The notes beneath the pieces were generated by a model. That model did not search any database. It was given only the letters and a program-made list of their open reading frames with translations, and was not told the DNA's origin. From positions 18,662,001-18,726,000 of the forward strand of contig CM022673.1 of the NCBI GenBank assembly GCA_012295275.1: a stretch of 64,000 nucleotides of DNA. The letters run 5' to 3'. This stretch comes from Chrysomallon squamiferum (taxonomy: Eukaryota; Animalia; Mollusca). Position numbers and translations under genes: made by a program. This document shows positions 29,044 to 41,792 of this stretch, piece by piece; positions within the stretch are counted from its first letter, which is position 1; every line of letters begins with the position of its first letter.

Positions 29044-31879
29044 CTGTGTGTGTGTATTTGTGTGTGTGTGTGTGTGTGTGTGTGTCTGTGTGTCTGTGTG
29101 TGTGTCTGAAGCTGAATTATTTACATTTTTCTTAAAGACAAAACGGTACGTGGTACATGCGATCGTTCCTTCGACAGTGGAAATTGCGGCTTCTACGACT
29201 GCTTCAACAGCTGCGACGTTTCGACTGCTCCAGCTCTGTTTGCTGCATCGGCTTACTGTACAGCTCTCTACGAATGGAATTTCGATTCTGAGGTGAGTGC
29301 TGTGTATTTACTACAATGTAGTATATACAACAACAAAAAATTATTAGATCGATTAAATTAACGAAGAATTCTAGAATTACTATTATCATCAAAGCATCAT
29401 CATCATCATCATAATCATCATTATTATTATTATTATTATCACTGTTGTTGTTGTATCACAGGGCAAATCTTATATCAAAGATGTTATCAAATGTCAAGGT
29501 GAAAAACTTGGTCCATGGATCACAAACACGAACTGTCGAGATATAAATAATCAAGCATACTCTACTCTGATTGGTCAGACAAAGGAATCAGACTGTTTCT
29601 ATCAAAATGGAAAATTCTGTGACATCATGGGCAAACCTGAAAATGCTGAAGCAGTTGCTAAAATATTTGCTTCTGGTGATCCCAAAGTTGGAGAGAAGTA
29701 AGACAATTTATTTTTTATCTATTTTTAATTTTAAATTTTTCCTTTATTCTTTTAATTTTTCTTTTTTAGTTATTATTTTTTTTTTTTATAATTTCAATTT
29801 TTTTATTATTATAATTATGTTTTTTAATTTAAACACTTAGGTTTCATGACTGGAAAACATCTGGCACAAATATTGATATAAAAACAGTTACTTTTTCTCA
29901 CTAGAGCCTGATTAATTCTGTTATGATAATACATCAATAATTACTTTATTTAGATACGTTATTTCATTAACTATGAAGATACACCAGTTAATTAAATTTG
30001 TAACTAGCTAACTAAGTAAAGATTGTGAAAAATGAGCTCTTAAACAATTTTTGTTTATCACTGGCAGAATGTTCGAATTTTTCAAACATATTTTTGAATC
30101 TGACTGCCCAGGAACGGAGGATGTGTTTCAAAACAACTTCAAAAAGTCCTACATAGCAAACAGGTATTCCATTTCAATTTATAATAATAATAACTCAAAT
30201 TATTATCATCATCATCATCATCGTCATTATCAAAGACTATTTCACTTTATAACAATAATAACTCAATGAATCGACCTTCAAATTATTAATATCATCATCA
30301 TCATCATCATCATTATCAATGTCATTTTTATCATCACCACCGTCATAAATTTTATTGTTGTTCTTCTTGTTGCTGACTGAATTATCTAAATGTAATAACA
30401 GTAGACGCATTTTATTTTATTCATCCATCAAAGTTCTCCAAAAGGAAACAGTCCAACTAATCTGTGGACACCAACTAATCAATCTAAAAGGAAACCATCA
30501 ATACCAAAGAACATATCTTCAGCCATTCCATCTAATCCAACAAAACAAAATAACTGGAATCCATCAAGACCAGTCAACAATTATCCAAACAGTCCATCTA
30601 ATCCTTCAAGACCAAGTAACTGGAATCTATCAAGACCAAAGAACAATAATCCAAGCAACCCATCTAACCCCTCAAAACCAAATAACTGGAATCCATCAAA
30701 ACCAAAGAACAATCCTCCAACAAATCCATCTAATCCTTCAACACCAAGTAACAGGAATCCATCAAGACCAAAGAAAAATAATCCAAGCAACGCGTTTAAG
30801 CCTTCAAAACCAAATAACTGGAACCCATTAACATCAAAGAACAATAATACAAGCAACCCATCTAATCCTTCAAGACCAAATAACTGGAATCCATCAAAAC
30901 CAGAGAACAATAATCCAAAGAATCTGCCAGGACCATCTAATCCAGGTAAGAAAGCAATGTCAGCTCTATGGGTGATTATTGTGATAATTTCTTAATCAAA
31001 AATAAATAAATAAATGAAATAAAATAAAATAAAACAAAATAAATAAATAAGTAAATAAATAAATTATAGTTACTTTAATCTTCATTACAATATTTAACCA
31101 TATATCTATGTGTGTGTGTGTGTTGTTGTGTGTGTGTGTATGTGTGTGTGTCTGTGTGAAGCTGAATTATTTATATTTTTCTTAAAGACAAAACGGTACG
31201 TGGTACATGCGATCGTTCCTTCGACAGTGGAAATTGCGGCTTCTACGACTGCTTCAACAGCTGCGACGTTTCGACTGCTCCAGCTCTGTTTGCTGCATCG
31301 GCTTACTGTACAGCTCTCTACGAATGGAATTTCGATTCTGAGGTGAGTGTTGTGTATTTACTACAATGTAGTATATACAACAACAAAAAATTATTAGATC
31401 AATTAAATTAACGAAGAATTCTAGAATTACTATTATCATCAAAGCATCATCATCATCATCATAATCATCATTATTATTATTATTATCACTGTTTTTGTTG
31501 TATCACAGGGCAAATCTTATATCAAAGATGTTATCAAATGTCAAGGTGAAAAACTTGGTCCATGGATCACAAACACGAACTGTCGAGATATAAATAATCA
31601 AGCATACTCTACTCTGATTGGTCAGACAAAGGAATCAGACTGTTTCTATCAAAATGGAAAATTCTGTTACGTCATGGGCAAGCCTCAGAATGCTGAAGCT
31701 GTTGCTAAAATATTTGCTTCTGGTGAGCCAAGGCTGGGTCTGAGGTAAGACGTTTTTTCTTTTAGTAGTTATACTGGTTGAATGTGAGTGAAATGAAATT
31801 AAGGAAAAATTTGTTTAACAATTACCGATTATCTGTCACATATTATTACGATAAATACGAACAAACACAGTGTTAATCC

Positions 31880-31911
<32 letters not shown>

Positions 31912-31942
31912 CTTCTTCTTCTTCTTCTTCTTCTTCTTCTTG

Positions 31943-32006
<64 letters not shown>

Positions 32007-32637
32007 ATTATTAATATTATTATTATAGCAGTAGTAGAAGCAGTAATAATAGTAGTGTTAATGGTGTTGGTAATGTTGTTGAATGCATATTTCGAAATAT
32101 GAACTCTTAGCAAGTTATTTGGACATATCTGCTCCTATCCATTGCCTTACAACTGGTTTATCAAAGGCTGTGGCACATGATTTCCTGTGTTCTTATCTAC
32201 GGTTATAACTGGAAGTAAGTGACTTATAGTAATGTGTGACAGGTTACAATTTACAGGTTACTGACAAACAGCACATATTTCAAGTAAAGAGTTAGTTATC
32301 TTTGTTAATAATAAATTTAAGTTATGATATTCTCGAGTGACAAATGTTAATTTTAATTGCTTATTTTGACTGGTTTGTTTTTTTACTTTATTTCTTTCTT
32401 TGTAGAATGTTCTCATTCTTCAAGCATATTTATGAAGCTGACTGTCCAGGAACGAAAGACGTTTTCAGAAACAATTTCAGCAAACCATTTTTAAACATTA
32501 TGCGTAACAATATGCACAAGCGCATACTTACAGTGATACGCCAGCGCATGATGCGAACGCATTCTCGAATCATGCGTACACGTGCTCGACTCATGCATAT
32601 GCGTCCAGGTGTGATGGGAGATGGACGTGATAAGTGA
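18000..32637 (+). CDS. Large secreted protein (~1,950 aa if a single gene): signal peptide, [10 protein letters not shown] array, six 10-Cys stanniocalcin-like domains with P/N/S/W linkers, Met/Arg-rich tail
   Basis: Exons: 18000-18970; D1 19466-19620, 19826-20061, 20591-20758 (or to stop 20762); linker 22058-22221; D2 22468-22622, 23157-23392, 23761-23856; linker 24056-24420; D3 24950-25104, 25274-25511, 25882-25977; linker 26177-26475; D4 26982-27136, 27306-27541, 27910-28006; linker 28206-28636; D5 29138-29292, 29462-29697, 30068-30163; linker 30434-30945; D6 31188-31342, 31509-31744, 32406-32637. Intron phases repeat consistently (1,0,2,2). Three frameshifts occur (~18545-18565, ~25355, ~27935). 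It could instead be two genes split after D1. Confidence 0.75.
18107..18915 (+). repeat. Coding 30-bp tandem repeat (AGA CCT ACA GAT CCA CAG TGG AAT CCA CAA = [10 protein letters not shown]), more than 20 copies
   Basis: Visible directly and interspersed with [10 protein letters not shown] variants. Confidence 0.92.
23130..31750 (+). repeat. Intragenic ~2.1 kb tandem array of four-exon modules
   Basis: The homologous exon starts at 23157, 25274, 27306, 29462 and 31509 (spacings 2117, 2032, 2156, 2047 bp). Introns are nearly identical apart from microsatellite lengths. Confidence 0.95.
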
Positions 32638-32648
32638 ATTGCATACAT

Positions 32649-32731
<83 letters not shown>

Positions 32732-33430
32732 GATACACATACACATATACACACATACAAAATTGCAGTGGTCACTAAACCAGCTGCAAGCTGTTGCATT
32801 TATTTTAATGCTTTCTGTTGGAAAATGTTGACAAATAAATATATTGAAATGATTTTTGTTTTATTATGTTCGTGACAGACCAAAGAAATAGACTGCACTA
32901 CACTACACTACAGTACAGGCTACTATTAAGCTCTTCCTGCCTAAAAAATCAAAGATTTAATTCCAGTAATATTGACACTAAACTGGTATCTAACATATGT
33001 TTGGTCATGCACATACATCAAAAACCTCAAAGAAACAACAAGCAAGCAAACAAACAAAACGAAACAAACACAGTCTTGTTAATCTCAGCACCTTATTTTC
33101 TTGCTGGTATCTCTTTTTGATGTTCTTGTTGACTTATCTTCATTATATGTTCTTCATTATCCTCTTATTTATTACCTTATTTATCCTTCTTGAATTCTGT
33201 TCATAATAATAATTTCTGTTGATCTCATTTCATTATGATCTTGTTCCTTTTTCATTCTTATGTTCTTGTTGACCTCTTTTCATTATTCTGTAGTCGATGC
33301 TGCTGGAAATATTCTTCAGAATTTACACAAATTCCTTTGACATACTAATACAATTTTATTTTATTTTCTTGCATTAGCTTTTTATGAAAAGAAATCTTGC
33401 AGTTTATTTATTAACAAATACCGCAAATAA

Positions 33431-33465
<35 letters not shown>

Positions 33466-33809
33466 AATAAAACAAAATAAAATAAAAATAAATATGAAAA
33501 TAATATTTTATTAAACATATCAGTATTTTAGTGGGACATAGAAGTTATACTTTATTACTAAAAAAAAAAAATTAAAAATGAAGAAAAAAAGATTGACTAT
33601 TACAGGTTTAACAAATGTAAAGAAATGATGTGCTTTTTAAAAATACTAAATATTGTACAGGGAAAGGTTACAATGCCTGAGAAAAAGGTTATATTTCATA
33701 AATGATCGTAACATGATATTTTAGTAGATGCAGATAACAGATAGCACGACCAGATTTATGATCAGTTTATATAAACAAATTGAAATTGAGCTAAACAATG
33801 GAACATAAT

Positions 33810-34970
33810 AAACATCACACACAAGAACAACACACCCGTGAAATCCAGAAACAAAACATCATACCACAGCTTCCAAAACAACACACCACACTACACATAC
33901 CACATCACAAAATATACACACTTACAGAACACAAACTACACACAAGACCTGACCCAAAACACAGATAACAGCAGCACATGGGCCACAAAACAGACACACA
34001 GACAACACCGAGAAAAAACACACATGCAAGAACAACAAACATTCACAATAAAAACATTAGAGAGAACACAGGAAACAAAATGCAACAACAATAACAAACA
34101 TATATTAATACATACGTCAACAAAAAACATACAGGACAAGGCACACAAAACATCAGACAGCACATCATACATAATATATATCACAGACAAACATGCACAT
34201 ACACATCAATGGACAGAAAACACAAACATGCGACAACAAAAAACATATACAGTAAGCACTATACACACCATATAGGACAAAGCACACAGAACTTCACTTT
34301 ACAGGACACATACCACAAAAACATAACACATAAAACACATACACATAAATACACATACAGTACATACACTACATAACACACCAGACACAAAACACAGAGA
34401 GCAACAACACAGACAGCAACAACACAGGGGAGGAAATACGAAAGACAGATACAAATACCACCGGATACAAATGTAGACACCAACAGTACAGGATACACAA
34501 AACAGACACACAGACAACATAGGACACTAAACACAGACATACATATCAACCAGACACAAAACAAACATGCAAGAACAAGAAATATATAATACATAAACTA
34601 CACACACCATATAGGACAAAGCACATGGAACATCACCTCACATGACAAACAACACAGCGGAGGAAACATACCAGATAACACAAAAAACAAAACTCATACA
34701 AAAATACACACCCAAAAACAGACATACAAAACACACACAACAAACCAGACCAGAAACAAAACACAGAGACAGCACAAGGACACAAAAGGGAGAGTTAGAC
34801 AACACCATACACAAAATAGAGATATGATGCATCAACCTGTATATTAAATACATTATACATATCACACTGGGCACAAAACACAAACGTGACAAGAAACATA
34901 TAAAATACATACATTACACTCTTCATAGAGATCAAGGCACATAAAATATCAATGCAACAGACAACACCTT
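33810..34970 (+). repeat. Degenerate CA-rich complex repeat, with a related inverted copy at ~38410-38920
   Basis: The motif 'caaaacaacacaccaca...cacataccacat' at ~33874-33906 matches the reverse complement of ~38464-38496. Internal recurring units such as 'cacaccatataggacaaagcac' are present. Confidence 0.6.
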
Positions 34971-35289
34971 AAGCGAGGGTATGTTTTAACTTTTTTCAAC
35001 TTGACTGCTGTGGCGAGCCACACTGACCGCTGCGCCAGTACGAGTTTCCGTCCCTAGATGACAGGTCATGACTATCTTGTGTGAGAAAGCAGAGGTTTGC
35101 GGGCATTCGGCTTTTTATTTTCAAGCTGTTAACAGGTGGTTTGCTACTCGCATACTGAGGATTATTCAGCGCTTGTGCAAACCGTGCAACCGTGTAGTTC
35201 GTGCTGCTTTCGCCATTAAAATGTATTTTTTATTCTCATCTTCTGTTGTCTCTTGCTGTTGTTGTCCGTTGCAAGCGATCAAGCGCACT

Positions 35290-36290
35290 GCTGCTAATCA
35301 TGGCAACCAATGGTGTTGTGGCAAAAAAGCAAAGTTATTCTGAATCGTTTATTAAGTATGGATTTGTCGCTATCGGTTCTAATACCAGCGAAAAACTACA
35401 GTGCATACTTTGCATGAAAGTTCTTTCAGCTGAAAAGGTATTCAGAAACCAATCATCGTGACTGCAAAGAGAATATTTATCATTTTTTGAGCGAAAGGCA
35501 AATTGCATTAAACGGTCTTGAACAGATAGCTCTGGAGTATTTCAGCAACGAAATCAAGCCAATGTTGAAGGATCATTCCAAGTGTCATACTGGATGTCTG
35601 AGGACATCAAGGATCATGTCATTGATCAGTTGAAGTCAGCTGGACAAGTCCACGGATGTTTCATCCTGTTCACAACTTATTGCATTTGTATGTTACCTTC
35701 ACGATGGTGTATTCAAGGATGAGTTTCTATGCTGTTTAGATTTCCCGTCAAGAGGGGAATAATTTTTTCAAAGCAATCGATATCAAATGGGAACTGTTGT
35801 ATAGACTGTACAGATGGTGCTCCAGCCATGTTAGGCCATAGCTCAGGTTTTCAAGCACATGTTAAAAAGGCAGCTCCAGCCTGTACGTTCATGCATTCTA
35901 TTATACACCATGAAGCACTGGCTTATAAGACATTGTCACCATAGTTGATGAAAGCTCGCAAACACAGTAAAATCCAGTGCATTCAGCTCACGTTTGTTCA
36001 GACGCTTTTTGAACAGATGGATGCAGATCACCAAAACCTCCCGTACCATACCGAGGTAAGATGCCTGTCGAAGGATAATGTGGTTAAGCGAGTCTTTGAA
36101 CTACAGATGGATCTGAGGGATTTCTTTACACAGCAAAAGAAGGAAGAGCTTGTAAAACATTTACAGTATGATATAGTATCACTAACTTATCTTGTTGACA
36201 TTTTTGGCAGGCTTATCCAATTAAACCTCTCTTTGCAAGGAAGAGACAAGACCATCATCGTTTTCATCAATGTGTTATCAGCAGCAAGTG
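35290..36290 (+). mobile_element. Decayed hAT superfamily (Buster/Charlie, ZBED8/SCAND3-like) DNA transposase remnant
   Basis: Fragments across frames: KKQSYSESFIKYGF...LQCILCMKVLS (N-terminal zinc finger), CTDGAPAMLG, MHSIIHHEALA, YHTEVRCLSK...RVFEL, YLVDIFGRLIQLNLSLQG. Multiple stops, frameshifts and deletions. No TIRs identified. Confidence 0.88.
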
Positions 36291-36580
36291 GCTATCTCAA
36301 GGGTATTTGTATAATAAATTTTAAAAAAAGGGGTTTTAATTTTTTTATTTTATAGGAGAAGCCCGCAGTATCATCGGAAATACATAATAATTATGAGGTT
36401 AAGAAACTTTTCTGTTATCCTTCTTTCTTTATCCTTTAGGTTCTATCCCTTTAATAATTATCTAACAGAAGCATTTACTATCTTCAGTACCTAACAAAAA
36501 ATCATACAAGATTACTTTTGCATATATTTCTTTTTCTCGATAATAACATTGCCTAAAAGAACAATTATAAAAACAACAAC

Positions 36581-36638
<58 letters not shown>

Positions 36639-38409
36639 TCAACAACAACAACAACAATATTAATAATAATAACAGTAATAATTACAGTAAATTATTTTAA
36701 AAGAAAGCAAACAATTCACCACTGACAGTCAAGTTAAATTTTAAAAAAAAGAACAAAGTTTACTGTTAAAATGATTTATTACAAAAAACATTAAGAGCGA
36801 AACACTGTAATAAATGCATGACAAACAGGAAAGAATACAAGGTAATGACAATTATATAACAGCTCACAAAAGTATGTATGTTATTTCCTCCAGGCTGGTT
36901 ATAGTCACTAGAGCATTGTAACAAATTAATTTAAATAATTTTAAATAATTCCTGGGTTCTTTTTCAACAATTTTTTTTATTTTTGTTTGTTTTGTTTGTT
37001 TGTTTTTTTGTTGTTTTTTCAAAACGTATTAATTAAATACTGACATCTACACTGGATTAAAAGATACATACATTCACTCTGATATTAACACAGTAATTGT
37101 GATAACTGTCTTTATTTTGTTACCGAGATTTATGAACTATTTCATTTCAAATATCGCAGATGTGTATGTCCCCTGAAAGTTCCTTGAATGGAGAAGAAAC
37201 AACTCAAAAAAAGACAAGTAGAAAATGTAGATAGGTGCATTGGAAAATTGGCAATTCAAATACTTAACAGAAATTACCCAATGCGTTAAATAATTTACAG
37301 AAATTGAATAAATAAATATTAATTCAATCTGGGTAAAGGGTCAATCTCTGAGTGAGTGGATGTAAATGTATTTTTTTATTTTTATAACAGTTGTAAAATT
37401 ATATATATATATATATATATACATTAAATAAAAATAAATAAATAATAAAAAAATCAAGTTAAATTTAGACTCGTACGTTAATAACATTGTGCTTAATTTT
37501 TAATTTTTTATTATTATTATTTATTTATTTTTTTATATGAAAGAACAAAAGTTCCTTTTTTCTCCTAAAAAAAAAAAAATAATAATAATAATAAATATTT
37601 ACAGTGAAACATCATAGTGAGTGAACACTGAGAAAAAGAAAAAGAGGTAACATTAATTATATTCTCCAGTTTGAAGAACATTACATTTAATGTAATTCCT
37701 GCTATTTTCCTATTTTAGAACAGAACATTAATTAAAGCTGACGTTAACACGAGTTATCTCCCGCAAGAAAGTAATTGCCACATACACATATTTTGTCAGC
37801 TTGATAAAAAGCAACTAAGAATATTTTATTTTCTAAGTTTTAAATACCTATATGTAGCTTTTGCCATAGACGACACCTCATAAACAGGAATATGTAAATA
37901 ACCAGACAAAATACAAAGACTAATTTTTGAAGAGCTGTTTCACAAGATAATAAAATATTAGTGAAAGGTTCTTAAGTCAGGATATGAACAGGAGATGAAA
38001 GAATCACAAAAAGGAAACTAAAAAATTTTATTCTCTAAATAATGAATAATTTATATTGTTATTTCAGTATATCGAAGATGAATCTTTTATTTATTTATTT
38101 ATTTATTTATTTACAGATATTGGAACATCAAGTGGTGAAATGTGAAATGGATACTAGCTTATGAATATGTTTTTCAAATTATAATATATATGTAAAGGGA
38201 GTGAAGGCAGAAAATGAAATAAAATTAAATAAATAAAATAAAATCAACAAAAATTTATAAAATAACAGTGAAATACGAAAAAAATCATTAGGCCTAAGAA
38301 TAATTTAAAATTTTAGTTATGAAAATGAAAAATGTCGACATAATAATTGACAGTAGATTGTGATTAATTTTGGTTAATAACCAAATCTTTTTTTTTTTTT
38401 TTTTTTGTC

Positions 38410-38920
38410 CCGTCTCGTATGTAGTTTCTGTGCTGTGTATGTGTATATATATGTGTGTATGTCATGTGGTATGTGTCCTGTGGTGTGTTGTTTTGAATGC
38501 TGTGGTGTGATCTGTTATGAGTCTTGTTCTGTATGGTGTGTGTAATGTATGTAGTATACGTTTGTTGTTGTTGCATGTTTGTGTTTTGTCCGATACCATC
38601 TATCTAATGTATGTATTGTATATGTTCGTTGTTTTTGCATGTCTGTGTTTTTGTCTGGTATTTTCTGTGTGTATGCTGTGTCCCGTGTTGTTTTCTGTTT
38701 TGTCATGTCTGGTGTGTAGCCTATGTGTATGTGTGTGTGTGTGTGTGTGTGTGTCTTTATTTGTGTAACTATCCGGCGTGATATTTTGAGTGCTTTGTTC
38801 AATATGGTGTGTGCATTGTGCGTATTGTATATGTCTGTTGTCGTATTATGTGTCTGTTTTCCATCCGGTGTGATACTACGTCATGTACGATGTGCTACGA
38901 TGCATGTGTTGTTTGGTGGG
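38410..38920 (-). repeat. TG-rich complex repeat, inverted relative of 33810-34970
   Basis: The reverse complement shares several motifs with the CA-rich block. Confidence 0.55.
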
Positions 38921-39810
38921 TTGTTTTTTCTTGTGCTCACCACACAGGCACCAAATAGAATAGGGTCAGTTCTTAAAAATACGTAACTGAAAGTCCGAAA
39001 ATAAAGCGAAACAGGGAAATAGGTAAAAATCACAATTGAACAGTAGAAGAAAAAAAACCCAGAACGATCGATAACGCTGAATATATTATTAAATTGAAAC
39101 ATTTAGACCTTCTTCTTTCACATTCTGCCTTATATTTTACAAATAACCTCTGTATTTATTGTTTAACAGACATCTCAAGTGAAGTGGTAGTGAAAAATGT
39201 ATTCCTTAGGAAAGACAACTCTATATGGTCGCCTGCAATAGTAAACAAGAAAATCCCCTATTCATAAACCACAACTCGTACTCGGGAGTTATCTCATATT
39301 CATCCATCAATTAGAACAGGCCTCTTAACATAATATTAAATTCAGTGAATCTACCTCTGTTAAGGTCTTTATTACATATATAATATAAATTTGATAAATA
39401 TATGTCTTGAAATAAGTCTTAAGGATGACCTTTTTTATAAAAAAAAATCTCAAAATACCGATACATGGAAAATGGATTTTTAAATGCAGTATCTTTTACA
39501 CTATTATAGATATCTTCAGAATTGTTTTGTCTTTTTTATTATTATTATTGTTGTTCTCTTTTTTATATATATTTGGGATTGGTTTTCTTTTAATTGGTAT
39601 AAAATACATCTTCATTTGACAGTTTTAAAAATATATATTATTATATATATCTCATTATATGCGTTAGCATTGCTGCATAAAGTTAAACCTGATGAAATGT
39701 TTCAAAATAACTTTCTAGTACGAATTAAGTTCGAACCGAAGTACCACTGTTTTATATGAAAACATATACACATGACAGAGTTGATGTCATAAAGTGATAT
39801 CTAGCGAATC

Positions 39811-39892
39811 GTCGCATGCGTTGACAGTAGATCACGTGATGGTCAAACATCATCGCAGGAGGAACAGTCGAGCAAACTCGTAAAACTTCCGG
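39811..39892 (+). promoter_or_regulatory. TATA-less, CpG-enriched promoter of the PSTPIP-like gene
   Basis: NRF1-like CGCATGCG (39813-39820), E-box palindrome ATCACGTGAT (39831-39840) and ETS site ACTTCCGG (39885-39892) just upstream of ATG 39926. Confidence 0.55.
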
Positions 39893-39925
39893 GTTTGTGT
39901 AGTTGTCCCGTTTCGATCAATCGAT

Positions 39926-41751
39926 ATGCCCCGGTTAACACAATTTTCCGATGCTTTTTGGGTAAGTTAAAACTATTTTACGTGATAGTTATATTGAAAA
40001 AATCGTTCATAACAGAAAAATTAATTTTCTTTGCCTTTTAAATGTGTTCAAATTGGACTTTTAAAACAACCTACAGTCACTGATTCAAAGAAACTAACTT
40101 TTCAAGTAATAAGTTTGAATGTTGTGCTTTTGGTATTTATTATTTAATATTTTCAGTAATATTAAAACATATGCCAAACGAAAAATAATTAAAACTTACG
40201 AAATTTGTTTGTTATATTTTTTTCTCTCTTTATTATTTAACCTGACCTAAATATATAAATATTCAAGTCAGTATTATGAGTATACTGTATAGCATCACTT
40301 TATAATTATAACATTTGAAACAAGGATGTTGCAATTGAAGAGGTGATTTATAAAGAGGAAGTTACATATTAAATAATAATAACTGCAGTTTATAACTATG
40401 CCATTATTTTCAATACTTTTTTTAAAAAGAAGTAATATTAATTTGAGAAAAAAGTTATTAAACTTTATGCTGTTGTATATGTTTTGTTTTTGTTTTTAAT
40501 TTGGAATGTTTTTAATTAATTTATTAGTTTTTATGAACTCTTAATTTTTTTCATAAAACCTAACTTAATGTTTAAAATAAATAAATATATATAGGCCTAT
40601 ATATATTGTAGAATTATAGTTATTTTATTACCTTTTATCACATTATTTATTTATTTATTTATTTACTTATTATGAATAAAAAAAGGGCTCGGAATTTACA
40701 AGCACAGCTGGATTAGATGCTCTTATCCAGCGAATGTCCGATGGCAAGAAGATGTCTAGAGAACTTGAAGACTATTTACGTCAACGGTATTAAATCATTT
40801 CTCTGTATCAGTCTTTTGTTAAGTGCATTTAAGTTAGAAGTACTAGCAATTCATATTTCCATTACAAAAACAGTGATGTTCCAGATTTTCTTACCATGAA
40901 AAGTTACAGGTGAACATTTTATCACAGAACAGGATGAATATTAATTGTGGTATTACTGGTTCTGACTTACAATACTGGTCATAAATATAATTAAAAGTAC
41001 TGATAAATATACAGCTTGTAAGATATTAATTTAAAGGTGGTAAACAACTGAATATTATTTGTGAGAAATGTCAAACAATCTGATCTTTCTGCTTGTAACC
41101 AGATGATTTGGTTCAGAGCATGTTAGGAATGTTTGCTGGTGACAATATGGATTTCTGGATGTAACTGAAAGAAAAGAAAATGTATGTTAAGTTAACCAAA
41201 GCAATTACATTTTATTATATCATCAAAGTCCAATATAGTGAAGCCACCAACACTTGCTTTGTCAACAAAAATGTTGAAAATGTTGTATAACCAATTACTA
41301 GTGTGTTAATGTATTAAACTAAGATAAGTAACAGCTTTAGAATTAAAATATGTTTGCTTAAAAATAGCTGTTGCACACATTTTAAATATTTTTGTTATTT
41401 CACAAATCTAATATATAAGTTACTACAAAAAAAAACACACCAAAAAGTGAGAGAAAGAGTTATAGTATATAACATAATAACAATTAAGTAATTATAAAAT
41501 ATATCTTTGTAAAACAAACATGCCAAACATTTATGTTGACATCCACGTCAGCATTTGAAATTCATTAAATAGAAGTTCAAACTGGTATCAAAAATGTATG
41601 TTTTTGGTTTTACAGTGCAAAAATAGAACATTCATACAGCCAAGACCTCATAAAGCTTTACAAATCAATGAAGATGAGAGAAGTGATTGGGTAATTTAAT
41701 TGCTTTTCATACCTAATTTTAAGTTATTACACAGTACTGAAAATAATAATA

Positions 41752-41792
<41 letters not shown>

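Noticed and set aside
24581-29296. Cys/Val-rich ORFs (CVCVCV...) suggesting metallothionein-like proteins
   Set aside because: These are (TG)n microsatellite introns of the module array.
36880-38170. Scattered acceptor-like sites followed by short open stretches
   Set aside because: They could not be joined into a consistent reading frame or matched to any family.
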